Below, one piece after another: positions 9,401-20,000 of a DNA stretch of 20,000 bases (the first letter of the stretch is position 1; each line of letters starts with the position of its first letter). The position numbers and the translations under genes are program-made. The stretch is taken from positions 5,853,389 through 5,873,388 of the forward strand of contig CP154954.1 of the NCBI GenBank assembly GCA_039621445.1. The letters run 5' to 3'. The DNA is from Euglena gracilis. Its lineage: Eukaryota. The notes beneath the pieces are model-generated. The model saw nothing but the letters and a program-made list of their open reading frames with translations, was not told where the DNA came from and searched no databases.

Positions 9401-9731
9401 GGTTCGCGGGGTGAAGAGCAGTAACGCAATTCAGGGATCCGCAAACATAAGTCAAGGGTGTTTTATCCACTCTCCCTAGGGGCATTCCTCAATGTTGATG
9501 GGTTGGATGGGTGTATACCCAGTCCATATCATGCGAGATGGAGGTGGGGGAGGTGTGTGACACGGATTTCGCTGTCCCAAACAACAAGGCAATACCTCGT
9601 TGTTGGAGCACTTGATGTACGGTCGCGCATTGCGAACCGCAACCAAGTGTATGGTTGCGCGAAATCGGGATTATTGTTGGTGTTTGGACTAGGCATCCAC
9701 AATCGAAATCTGGCTGGGCGGAAATTCTCCC

Positions 9732-10640
9732 TCAGTGCACACATTGGAAGGGAGTGTCGGAGTAGTGGTCCTGGTCGCGCACGTTGGTCTGGTGGGGGTG
9801 TGTGTAAAAGTCGGGATGCGCTGTTGTAGCTGCTGGGGGGTGTACAGATGTATCTGAAAGCGATACATCTGGTGGAAAACGGGGTATTGGTGCAGCTGGG
9901 CGACTACTCGACACCGTACGTACTTCAGGCCTTTGGGCTTTCGTCTTGTAACCCAGTGGAACGAGGGGGGTACCGCTACTCGCTTGCCCTGCCTCATGGG
10001 GAACGGAAGTTGGTGTGTCAATGGGCAGGGGGTGAACTTTCTCGGTACACCCGGTGTGGAAAACGTTGGTTGGTGTGGATGGTAACGGGGTAATATTTTT
10101 TGAAATCGGTGTGGAAATATTGGTGGTCGTCGCGGTTGACGCCACGGGTGCTGAAGGTTTGGGGGGCAATGAAGAGAATGGTGATGTGCGCCAACCGTGG
10201 GAGTGGCAATCCACTACCAGCCGGTGCTGACGTAAAAAGGGGTATCCAAGAATTACGCCAGAACCATGGATTCCGGATTCGTATCCCCAGGTATCCGGAA
10301 AATTTTGCGTTTGGGGGGGGTGTGAGTGGTGCTTGGGGATGAGGGGTAGGACAATGTCCAAAAAGCATCCCAAGTCACCGCCGCACATGGGGGTGTTGTC
10401 AGCCGTCGTAATTTTGATCAGCTTCTTGGCTTTCACCAAGAGGGGGGTTGGTATCAACCCGAACCGAAAAAGTAGTGCAATGCGACAACCAGTATCAATG
10501 AGAATTTTGACTTTTGCACTACAATTTTGGAATTTGATTTCCGCTTGGACCAAAAGTTCAATGGGGGGTAAGCAAAGTGAAGGGTCTGGCGAAAATACGT
10601 TTTCTTCCAGCTTTCCCATGATCCCTTTCCTACTTTGCAC
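9732..10640 (-). pseudogene. pol: Retropepsin aspartic protease followed by a P/T/S-rich linker
   Basis: ILIDTGC (DTG at 10488-10496), flap ITTADNT and ILGYPFL motif. Confidence 0.9.
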
Positions 10641-10743
10641 AACATTCCGAGCGGAAAGCTGGAGTGGGGGGTGGGGGACCCGAAAATTTTCCGGGTACCG
10701 ACCAGAAAGGCAGATGGGCAGGGGGGGCGGGGTTGATCAGGTC

Positions 10744-12198
10744 CTACCTCCATCTGTTCATCAGCCCAGAGGTCCGTTCCCTCGGACCTCGGGCTCCCCT
10801 ACTCCAGGTCCGAACCGGCCGAATAGCCGCTATGGGCCTTTTAGAGGTGTAGAAGGATTTCAACGTGCGCACCGCCATGCGGGCATCGTCGAAATCGGTA
10901 TCCGTGGTCTCATCCCCCTCCCTGCCCGAAGCCGGGGTGTCATCCTCCAAACAAGATATCTTGAAACCGACTTTATGGCGGTTGGAGGAGTGACCCTTGT
11001 CACCGCGATTCATACCGCGATGACGTTGGCCAGGGCGTGGAGAACGAGAACGCAGACATTTGGATGAGTGGTGATCACTCGATCCACAAAGCGAACACCG
11101 AGATTTGTGTCGCGATTCTGGGTAACGGGGGGATCGGTTTCCCGATTTCCCGTCAACCGTCGCGGTGACCGGATATCCCGTCGACGATGACCGGTGTATC
11201 GAGGTTTTCCCGACGAGGATCGCGAAGAAGATGATCCGCTTCGCAAAACACGATCGCGATGTCTCGCGATGAGAATCACACTTCTTGGACAGGGCACCGG
11301 GTGACCTACCCCGAGGGGTACCGTGTTTCCGCTCATCGCGGAACGGGATCCGGGGGCTAATACCACCGGAACGGGGACCCGATGACCGTGAATTGCCCGA
11401 TTGGCGTGAAAACGTGGAGGAACCCGAACCCCGTGATGAGGTCGAGCCTCGTGGACTCTGAATACGCTTACACACTTCAGGATTAGGACATTCCCGAGAC
11501 ATATGTCCCGCTTTGTTGCACAAAAAGCACACTTTATCCGTGGCTTGGTCCGAAGAACGCGGATATCGCGTTTTCGATCCCGTGTTTGGTGAGGTGGGTG
11601 AAACCGGTGATTTTTGCAATGCGTTCACCGAACCAGCCGGTAATCCAGCGGTTGGGTGTGCGTTATACGCGGATTGCATCTGACCAAGAAGCTGTGATAG
11701 CTTCAACTGCTTGGAAACGTAGTTCCAGCGTTGGTCAAGAGTCATTGGATGACTCGCCAACCCATCACGGTGGATATCCTTGATGAGGCTAGGCGTGAAA
11801 TACATGAGAACAGCATCAAACTGTTCGCGCACTTGCTTTTCACTGAGTTCATCCACTTCGGCGGCAAGTCCTAACCATTTGGCATACCAAAGGTCAATGG
11901 ACTTCCACGTGCGATCGGGTGGGGCGCATTGCCGCCACTTGGTCTCTAGGGTAATCCTAGCGACCAAACTTGAACTGGTGGAAGCGTATTGCTCCACCAG
12001 GTCATCAAGGGAAACACGGTAGCGAATCACGAGTTGTCGCGCGCGTTCCTTCTCATCCCTAGGGAGGCAATCGATTAATTCCATCTTGATCACCTCCGGG
12101 TTTGTGTCCTGGGTTGGCCCTTTTAATGCCCAGTAGTACTGCCAGTCCCGGAAAAACTGTCTCCATGCGGTTGGATCACCGTCGCATTGGGGTTTCAC
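10744..12198 (-). pseudogene. gag: Gag capsid-like domain plus two CX2CX4HX4C zinc knuckles in an R/S-rich region
   Basis: Capsid-like start (DGDPTAWRQFFRDW). Knuckles CFLCNKAGHMSREC (11488-11529) and CSLCGSSDHHSSKC (11056-11097). Confidence 0.88.
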
Positions 12199-14771
12199 CT
12201 TATTCGCGATTGCGATGGTGCCCTTGAAGTCTTTCTGAGAAACCCAGTGACCGTCGGTGGTATTCCGTGGTTTTGGGCCTGGGTACGCTCGAGCACCAAG
12301 CGTATCCTTTCCGGAATCTTGGCGGAATTCGCGATTTCTGGTGAAGGTGAATCCTGGTACCGGAAATCCGGTCGCAAACCCTGTTGGGCACCCGTAATAC
12401 GGGGACTCTCCGGTGTGGGGGTATGTCGCCCATGCAACATGTGACCCACTCCCGGTGTACGGGTTTGGCTCATTCCATGCACAAGCATGGAATGATGGAT
12501 TTCTTGGCGGAGACTTGGCGGAATCGCCGTGTTTTCCGAAAATTCGGTTCCCGTAATGGGAAATTCATCCGAAAACTGGGTTTGGGTTGTGGGCAAGGCC
12601 AATGGTGGCACAATTCGCGGACTCGCGGATTGTGACACTCGGGACACGGGTTGTGGTGGTGCATGTGCACCTAGAGTCGGGTTATGGAAACGCGACTCTG
12701 CAACATTTGGCGCGTCTTCGGCATTGCATACTGCCGAATTGCGGTGTGAAACCCGCTGTTGGTTGGACACATTATCCAAACACACAGACAAGTCATGCAC
12801 AGTTTGCTCCAAGTGCTCAACGAGTTGGAGTTGACCGCAAATAAGATCAACTCGATCCTCCAAAGCGCGAATACGCTTGCGGTAACGGGAAAAGTCATCC
12901 GAGTGCGGAAACCTTTCGGAAATTTCGGTAACATCTTGGACAAGGTTCCCGTGAGAATTATCCAATAATTGGAGTTGTCCCATTAATGCTTTTACAGCAT
13001 TTGAGAGAATCTGCAGTTACCTTGGTTGGTGTGGTGGTGGGTGGAACCGGTGCAGCGTTATCCGACAACGCGGTTGTGGTACCCACGGGAAAATTTGCGG
13101 ATTGCAGCTTATCCAAAAACGCGGAAATTCGCTCATCCAACCTGGTAATTTCACTTTGCGTGGATCGGGCATTCCGATTCACCGATTCCTCAAGCCGTAA
13201 TAGGCTGTTGCAGAAATCTTGCAATGTTTCCTGATTGTCAGTGAGCATTTTGTCATAAAATGCCTTGAAATCGGGGTTCTCGGTAATCCAGGAATTGGAA
13301 CATGCAGGTAGAGACTGCATTTCTGTTTTTTTAGCAGACACCGATGCATACCGGGTCTGGAGTTCCCCAATAGCAGTTTGAATACCTCTAATGTCCGGAA
13401 CTCGGTGGGAAAGTGCGGAATAGCTTTGTTGCAAACCCGCAATGGCCGAGTTAATCCCGCCAATGTCGGATTGCAACTGCAACTGCAGGGAATCCTGCCG
13501 TTGTGCTACTTCCGCGACTTTCGCGCTCAGATTGGATAATCCAACCTGATTTGCGTCACAATAGCAGGTTTTCTGATCCAAGCGGGACAGTCGCTCCTCC
13601 AACTGCCGCACATACGTGTGGGGAGCAAAATTCTCGTTGGCTTGTGACTGGAATTGCCGAAATTTTTCTGTTTCATCGCACAATTGCATAATGCGGTGTT
13701 GCGATTCATGGAAAGTTGCGGACAATGTGGTGAAATGGTCCATAGACACAAATCCACCACTGTTTGATGTTGCAGACAAGGAATGTCGTGCATGCAACTG
13801 TTGTTGCAAATGCACGAGATTGTTGCAAATGAACAGGACTCCATTTTTCCCGATAACTGTTGTAGTGAGTCATGCAAGTGCAGAAACTTGGAATCATTCC
13901 GCGTTTCCGCTTCATGCATGCATTCACTAATTAGCCGGAAGTTTTGCGGGAGTTGTTGGCATATTTTGTCAAAGGTTTCCCGAAAGCTTGCAAGGTCAAT
14001 ACCCGCACTTTCGAAATTCCTCTGGCAATATTTGCCAACTTCTTGCAAATAATTCCAGCAGTATTCCAGCTTGGTGAAGACATGTTTTTGGTTGTCCTCA
14101 TCAAACTGGAGCACTTTGTTGAGTGCGGTTGCACAATCTGCAACGCATTGTTGCACATGGTTGAACTGCCTCACAAGGGGGTGATCCCCTGGAAGCTGAG
14201 CAACGATATCCTGCACATCCTCAGCAGTGAGGAGCTCACCAGTGCCCTTCCCATAGCCATCCATGTGTTGGGACGTACCGGAGAATTCCGGTACCACTAG
14301 GCGAGTCTCCGGTTGCCAAGGTAGTGCGGGATAGCACCCAAGATCGGGTGGTGGTGGCAAAGCTCTGTAAGGGCTTGCCGGTGGAAGAACGGGTGGTGGT
14401 TGAAAGAAACACGGGGTTTCTAGCTCACCATCACCAGAGAAGCCCGGTGGCTGAATCACCACGGGTCTCTCCGGTGTGTGCAGCTGCACCATTGCCGCAG
14501 ACAGAGGCGAATACCCCCGTTGTGACAAGGTGAGTGCGGAAGAGGCCGCATTAGCCTCTGAAGCCAGTGATGTGGAGGGCTCATTGCCGACCACTGTCAA
14601 TGATGACAAATGTTGCAATCTTGACAATTGAACCAATTGTGCCTCATCGGCGTGGGAACTGGAAGCACTTTCACATAAAAGCTTCCAATCCCCATTTTCC
14701 TGGTCAATGTCTTGCAATGATGCCTGTAATAAGGCATAGTTGAATTGATAGTTGGGGCCTGTGCTTTGCAT
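12195..14771 (-). pseudogene. Long helical/coiled-coil N-terminal extension of gag (or separate upstream ORF), frameshifted
   Basis: ATG at 14771 (MQSTGPNY). Overlapping ORFs 13527-14855, 12958-13815 and 12195-12983 chain by frameshifts. Q/E/L-rich heptad-like stretches (VRQLEERLSRLDQK, IRALEDRVDLICGQL). Confidence 0.65.
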
Positions 14772-15038
14772 CTTTCTGATGACAAAAACAGCAAAAACGC
14801 ACAAAATTAAACAGTTGTGCTGGCACCAGAGGGACTGTAACGGGTAATACCACACAGAGGCTTCCGGAGCCTGCTCGTCTGCTTAGACTAGAAGCCGGGA
14901 GGTGACGCTGCGACCTTGTAATGACGGTGCAGGGGCCCTCCGCTGCCAGTCAGCGTAGGATCGAATCAAACTGCAACCAAGTGTAATACCTGGTAGCCTT
15001 TTTTTTTCTGTATGGGTTGTATGTGTAGGATCGTGACC

Positions 15039-15051
15039 TCCTCTGCTACCA
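15039..15051 (-). promoter_or_regulatory. Primer-binding site complementary to the 3' end of initiator tRNA-Met
   Basis: Minus strand reads ttaca-cg-TGGTAGCAGAGGA(ggtcacgatcc). The reverse complement of animal-type tRNA-iMet is TGGTAGCAGAGGATGGTTTCGATCC. Confidence 0.9.
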
Positions 15052-15053
15052 CG

Positions 15054-15367
15054 TGTAAGTCTGATTCCCAATTCCCTTTTCCCAATTCCCAAAAGCCTTC
15101 GCTTTCGCCTTGGCGCACCTACTTGGGAACTGAAAATCATAGTAACAGAAAATCCCTTTTTCCCACTTCCCAAGAAGCAAAGCACAGAGCAATGCAGGGA
15201 GGACGGACTGGATATCCAAGTCCGGTCCGGAGAAAAGGAAGGACAAAGGGAAAAACAGAATACCACCTGTGGAGAGAGAAGGGGCACCCATTAGGAGATC
15301 CTAATAGGATCTGCTTCCATCCTAACTTCCTCAACGGAAGGGGACAGAAGCATATGCCTGGTACACA
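15054..15367 (-). repeat. 5' LTR of element A (~312-314 bp; start at 15367 or 15365)
   Basis: Begins TG(TG)TACC where element B's integrase homology stops (NGVE|). Ends CTTACA two nt before the PBS. The partner LTR is not in the window. Confidence 0.8.
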
Positions 15368-17243
15368 CCTCGACACCGTTGGGTAAAGCGACTTTATAGC
15401 GCCGACTTGTACCCAACCGATCAAGGATCTCACATGGTCCCATCCAGAGGGGGTCCAACTTCGTGGATTGCATGCGAGTTCTACCGTTCCGAACCCACAC
15501 GCGGTCACCTGGGTTGTATACCGGTGATTTGTAATCTTGTAAGAATTGTTTTTTTGTTTTTGTAAGTGTATAGCGACTACGTGCTTTTGCACATCCGTGC
15601 GCAATGATTCTACTTCAGAGAACAATGTTTCGCAGCTCACGCTAGAACGAGCGGGTCGTTCTGACTCGATGTCGCCCATGGCTGGGGGGTCTCGTCCGAA
15701 GACGATTTTGTACGGTGAGTATTGTAATATCAGACGCGGTAAAGTGTTGATATAAACACCAGGGTAGTACTTGTAGCCAGGCATTGTACGATTCGGCCAG
15801 TGAAAGTCGTAGCATGTTGACTACAGCTTTCACTGCCGCTTCAGCGCGACCATTTCCTTTTGGACGATAAATAATAGAAAAATGCTGCTCAGTTCCTAGT
15901 AAATCACAAAGAATTGTAAAAAATCGAGCAGTAATCAAATGGTCTTGATCACTCACGATATCATTCGGTAAACCCAGGAGGCAAATGCATCTTTCTAGAA
16001 ACGTTTGTGCCAAAACTTGTGCTGTCAACCATGCTTTCTGGCATGGAATGGCTACAATGTACCCACTCAGCCGACAGACGACAACAAGAACGTAATCGCA
16101 AATTTTGTCATCTGTTCCTTTGCAAGGTTGAAGTTCCAGAAAATCCATGCAGAGGGAAGTAAAAATGTCATTTGGTACGGGGAAGAAATCCAACGTACCA
16201 GGGGGGGGTACCTCTGCCCGGTTTCACAGCTTGACAAATTTGGCACCGTTGCGAATTTTGTAAACAGCGCTTGTACAATTTTTTTTCGGTCAGGGTTGTA
16301 CAGTATCTGCGACCCACCAAAGAAAGAAGTTTGGGGGCCCCAGGGTGACCTTGGTTGTGATAACATAAAAGTTCGTCATCAACCAAGTCACAGGGTATGC
16401 AGTATTTATATCCAGTATCATTTCGGAAAATCAAACGTAAAGGTGATAAGGTATAATTCTCAACCAATTCACCATTACGTAATCTTTGTACGACATTATT
16501 GTATAAATCATCCTTGGAATAATCCCATTCAAGAAAAAAGAGACGGGTTGGATATTCTGATCGCGCAACTCGGCGGGGGCCCGGCATTATGCAGCGTTTT
16601 CGTTTTCCCCGTACGGGGGCTATCGGCATCCGCCGCCAAGTCCGCGAAACAGGAAAGTTGTCAAGCAGGTTGTCAGCGGCGTCTGCGCGCCTTGCGTATT
16701 CGTCGGCTTCGCGACTTCCGTGGAACGTGGCATCACCCTTGTCAGGGTTACCAGGGTAATGTCAGAGTGCACGTAAAAGTGGGTCTGCGACTTAATGAGT
16801 ATGACCTGGTGTGTAAACTACCACCAGGTTGAATTGACTCAAAAATCCGTGCCAACGGCATCTTCGGCCAACTGAGGACATGGCTTTGTTCAAGTCTTCG
16901 TTGTACCAGTGTTGGAGAGACTCATGGTCTGTCAACACTAGTATTTGTACGAGTGAACTGGCGACCCTACTTCGGAATTTTTGTAGGATAAGGACAATGG
17001 CGTACGTCTCCTTTTCTCGTATGCTCCATTTGTACCTTGTAGCTTTCTGCTGAAGAAAGCTACAGGGCGCAGTTCATTGGACGAGTTATGTTGACTCAAC
17101 ACACCGCCGACGGCATAGTCGCTCCTGTCGACCTCCAGTACGTATGGTTTGTATGGGTCGGCAATGTCAAGTACAACGTTGTCCAACATCAGTTGTTTAA
17201 CTGTCGTTAGCGATTCTGGCATTGTATCATCCCATTGTATCGT
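15368..17243 (-). mobile_element. pol: Fragment of a related Gypsy (element B): RNase H, integrase HHCC, core and GPY/F; degenerate
   Basis: LDIADPYKPYVLEVDRSDYAVGGVL, YHNQGHPG...CQICQ, GLPNDIVSDQD, KLDPLWMGPCEIL. Colinear with A 5970-7700 but clearly diverged. Cut at both ends by LTR-like termini. Confidence 0.93.
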
Positions 17244-17856
17244 TGGGGGGATTAGAGGACCCTCGCCGCCCGGGGGGGCTGCTTTTTTCGCTGGGGCCAC
17301 AAATTCCTTTTGCTGGCCCTGGTGGGCTCAGGCCAGGGCCTTTGGTAAGTTGGGCCCCGTTTTCGAACATGCCAACCGGCGGTAATGGGGGTGAGGTGTG
17401 CCCCCCCGACCCGGGGTCCCCGGTTGCCCCGCGTAGGATTTTTTTTTCTTTCCATTGTTGGTTTTTCCCCATGTTTTCAACTTTGAACTTTCAGGATGAA
17501 ATTCAACAATGACAAACCAACCCACCTACTTAGGATCAAACAGCAGAGCACAACAAACCTGGGACTTGAGAGGGTGGGCAAGTACCTTTGAGTTCAGGTG
17601 TTGAGTGGGACAAAGAATGTGGAAATGAATGCCTTGGCTTCCTTTTGATGTTTGAATTGTTCTTATTGGCTCCTCAATTCCCAATTGAACAATTTGCTTT
17701 TCTGATTCTCAAATCGACTTCTCAAATTCTTCCAGGAATTTGCTGGGGTTCCAATTCCACTCGCGTGGCGGTTTACTTGGTTTTTGTTATTCCTACTGGG
17801 GGTTTTTGGGAATTTTCTGGGAAATTGTTGGCTGCCGATGCCAGCGGAAGCCGACA
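17244..17856 (-). repeat. Probable 3' LTR (~613 bp) of a third element (C) inserted into element B
   Basis: Starts TGTCGG right after a purine tract and ends CCCCCA where B's pol homology resumes (TIQWDDTM). No partner LTR in the window. Confidence 0.6.
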
Positions 17857-17867
17857 CCCCCTCCCTT
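17857..17867 (-). promoter_or_regulatory. Polypurine tract of element C
   Basis: AAGGGAGGGGG|TGTCGG on the minus strand; resembles M's AGAGAGGGG|TGTGTG. Confidence 0.65.
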
Positions 17868-19135
17868 GCGACGTTAGTCGGACCCCTTTTTCGCCCCCCC
17901 CCCACCCGAGCAAAAACGGGGAGAGTGAAATTGTTTTTTTTTGTGGGGGGGCGAAAATTCTGTGTTTTTTTTTTTGAAACGGGTCCTGTCGCTTTTTTTT
18001 GTTGAAAATCACTGTTACGAGTCTGACCCCCCCCTCAGCCATAATCGGGCACCTTGGAGGACTCTGAAAAATCAGGTCTACAGGGGGAGCCCCCCCACCC
18101 CTTTCCTCCGACGAGCATGGGGAACGGGTCTTTGAACACAAAATCTGAAAAACGATTCCAAACGAAACAAACTCTGGGCACTCCACCCCAAGGCCTAAGT
18201 CCCACGCTACCCCCTTGGTGAAAATCCTTTTTGGCAGCTTTCATTGTGTGAGACTTCATTTGTCGATTCTTTTTTTAAAAAAATCAGGGACTTTGGCCAA
18301 CAGTGCTTCAGAAAATGACTTGTGTGGGGAAAGAAAAGGAGAAAACCAGGCATTCCTTTCCAATTCGGGACAGAAAAGGTAAGGAAAAGGCTGAAGGTGA
18401 ATGGGTGCAATGGTGAGAGTGTAAGACGGTTATATACGGCGGGAATAGTGTACAATGGGTGTGCGGGTTCGTGTGCGTGTGTGGTTGTGTGTTTTGTGTG
18501 TCTGCACGCTCACTTCCTTGTCATGCATTCCAACCGAAAATGACTGGGCCGATTATTTTTTTGAACACAAAGAGAACAGGGCTTCGCAATGGCCCTCAGC
18601 CACTATGTCACAGGGCTTTAGTGCCCAGGTGGCTGGTTTTTTTTTTCATTGGCCCACAACAGGGCCTATGGACGGAGGAGGGGTCATCTTCGGTCCAGGG
18701 TCCACCCACCCCCACCCGAGTTTGGATGCCTCCAAGCTGCGTTCCATGAAAAAAATGCCTTTGACCAATATCCAATAGTCCAAACCGAATCAAAAAACTG
18801 AGTTTTAAAACTCCAACTCGTTTTGTCTTCCACCAGAAAGATTATCAAAACCCAGGTTTATCCAACTCTTTGAATAAAAATCCTCCAGCAACAAAAATCC
18901 TCAAAAAATCAAAAATCTGAGTCCAACCCACAAGTCCAGGGCCTACAAAAGCCCTCAACAAGATCCAAAATTCCAACTGCCATGTACAACAAACAAAGTC
19001 CAACCGAGACCAACTAACCCAACAGAAACAACATCAAGCGGCATACCGTTGCCTAGGGGCCAGGCCATTCCAGCACAACCCTGGGCACAACCAATTCACA
19101 GCCGGAACCAGCCAATTCGGCTTGCCAATTAAAAT

Positions 19136-19292
19136 TCACTGCCCCCCCCCCAATCACACGGGGCAATGGGGGTCAAATGGTCAAATGACATGGCAAACTC
19201 AAAAATACTGAAAATTCAAATCCAATTTTGTCAGCCAAATCGATTTTTCGCTGCCCCCCTCCAGTCACATGGGGCCATGGGGGTCAATCTGG
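19136..19292 (+). repeat. Imperfect ~45-bp direct repeat, 2 copies (19136-19180, 19247-19292)
   Basis: ttcactgccccccccccaatcacacggggcaatgggggtcaaatgg vs ttcgctgccccccctccagtcacatggggccatgggggtcaatctgg. Confidence 0.7.
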
Positions 19293-19699
19293 CTTCAGCC
19301 TCCAAACAAAAAAATCACAAACCTGGGCCGTAATATCCAAACCGGCTGCAATCTCACACATGTCAAAGGACAGGCCTTCACAATGTCGCCCCCCTCCCCA
19401 CCGTCAACCAATGCGAGGAGGGCCACGGGTTAAACATTCCTGGCTGCAAAACCGGAATCTCCATTCGACGAAAAAAAATGAGAAAAATGGAAATTTCATC
19501 AAATCCCGCCATATCTGGGGTATGACCAAAACAATCACGGTCACAATATGATGCATTCCTGTCCCCACCCAAACGTCTCACAGGGTATCCAATTCTGAGT
19601 CAAAAAATTCCAACCGTAAAGCCAAAACTGATTTTGTTCCACCACACCAACAAAAAACAGGGCTAAACACAGCCCCCCCCCCCCCCCAGCAGCACGAGG

Positions 19700-19998
19700 A
19701 GTGGAGAAAAAATGGCTCCAAACCACAAGCAAAATCCTGAGACCCAAAAACATGAAAAATCTGATTCAGCGCTGTGGGAGCAGCCAACCTGGGCCTGGAC
19801 CTGGGCTTTGGCCGTGCATCGGGCCACTGCCCACTGCTGGCTCTTGAGGTCATTAAGCTTCTCTCCCCAGCACTTCAGTAAGTAAATGTACCCACCATTC
19901 TGCAACTCCACAAACAATCCACAATTGCAATCATGACAATCGTAATCATGTGCTTCAATTGCTTGGGTCTCATTAATGTCATTGAAATCTGTTCTCAA
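19700..19998 (-). pseudogene. Possible coding remnant, unidentified; probably enters from the right edge
   Basis: Open frame with ordinary protein-like composition (GLFVELQNGGYIYLLKCWGEKLNDL) in CpG-poor sequence. No recognised motif. Confidence 0.25.
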
Positions 19999-20000
19999 TC

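Larger units (their letters stand above)
1..15367 (-). mobile_element. Large decayed chromodomain-bearing Ty3/Gypsy retrotransposon (element A); 3' end lies left of the window
   Basis: LTR + tRNA-iMet PBS, then gag-PR-MTase-RT-RH-IN-chromodomain in Gypsy order (IN after RT/RH), with frameshifts and stops. No 3' LTR is seen in the window. Including 1-5560 in the element is an inference. Confidence 0.85.

Noticed and set aside
10333-11067. 244-aa plus-strand ORF
   Set aside because: Antisense to gag and protease.
15027-15051. tRNA-Met gene
   Set aside because: Only the 3' end including CCA is matched, next to an LTR end, so it is a PBS.
16005-16832. 275-aa plus-strand ORF
   Set aside because: Antisense to element B's integrase.
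15368-17243. Segmental duplication of element A's pol
   Set aside because: Many synonymous and amino-acid differences, and it keeps GPY/F in place; it is a distinct related element.
19136-19292. CRISPR-like array
   Set aside because: Only two imperfect copies, no cas genes, eukaryotic context.

Overview
Eukaryotic repeat-dense DNA made of nested Ty3/Gypsy-type LTR retroelements, with no recognisable host gene. Element A is a large, decayed, minus-strand chromodomain Gypsy. Its order is 5' LTR (15054-~15367), tRNA-iMet PBS, a very long coiled-coil gag with two CCHC knuckles, protease, a Dam-like methyltransferase domain, RT, RNase H, integrase, chromodomain and an extra ~3.8-kb proline-rich ORF running off the left edge. 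A sits inside the integrase of a related Gypsy, B (15368-17243), which is itself cut by the probable 3' LTR of a third element, C (17244-17856). The highlight is element M (62-1734, + strand), a complete 1.67-kb non-autonomous mini-LTR element inserted in A's 3' ORF. It has TG...CA LTRs, an ATAC target-site duplication, a PPT and a Tf1-style 11-nt self-priming PBS, and its only cargo is a Dam-like DNA methyltransferase ORF. A's 168-bp integrase GPY/F segment is missing from its normal place and lies inside the methyltransferase domain. All calls are by-eye motif recognition; no database searches were run.
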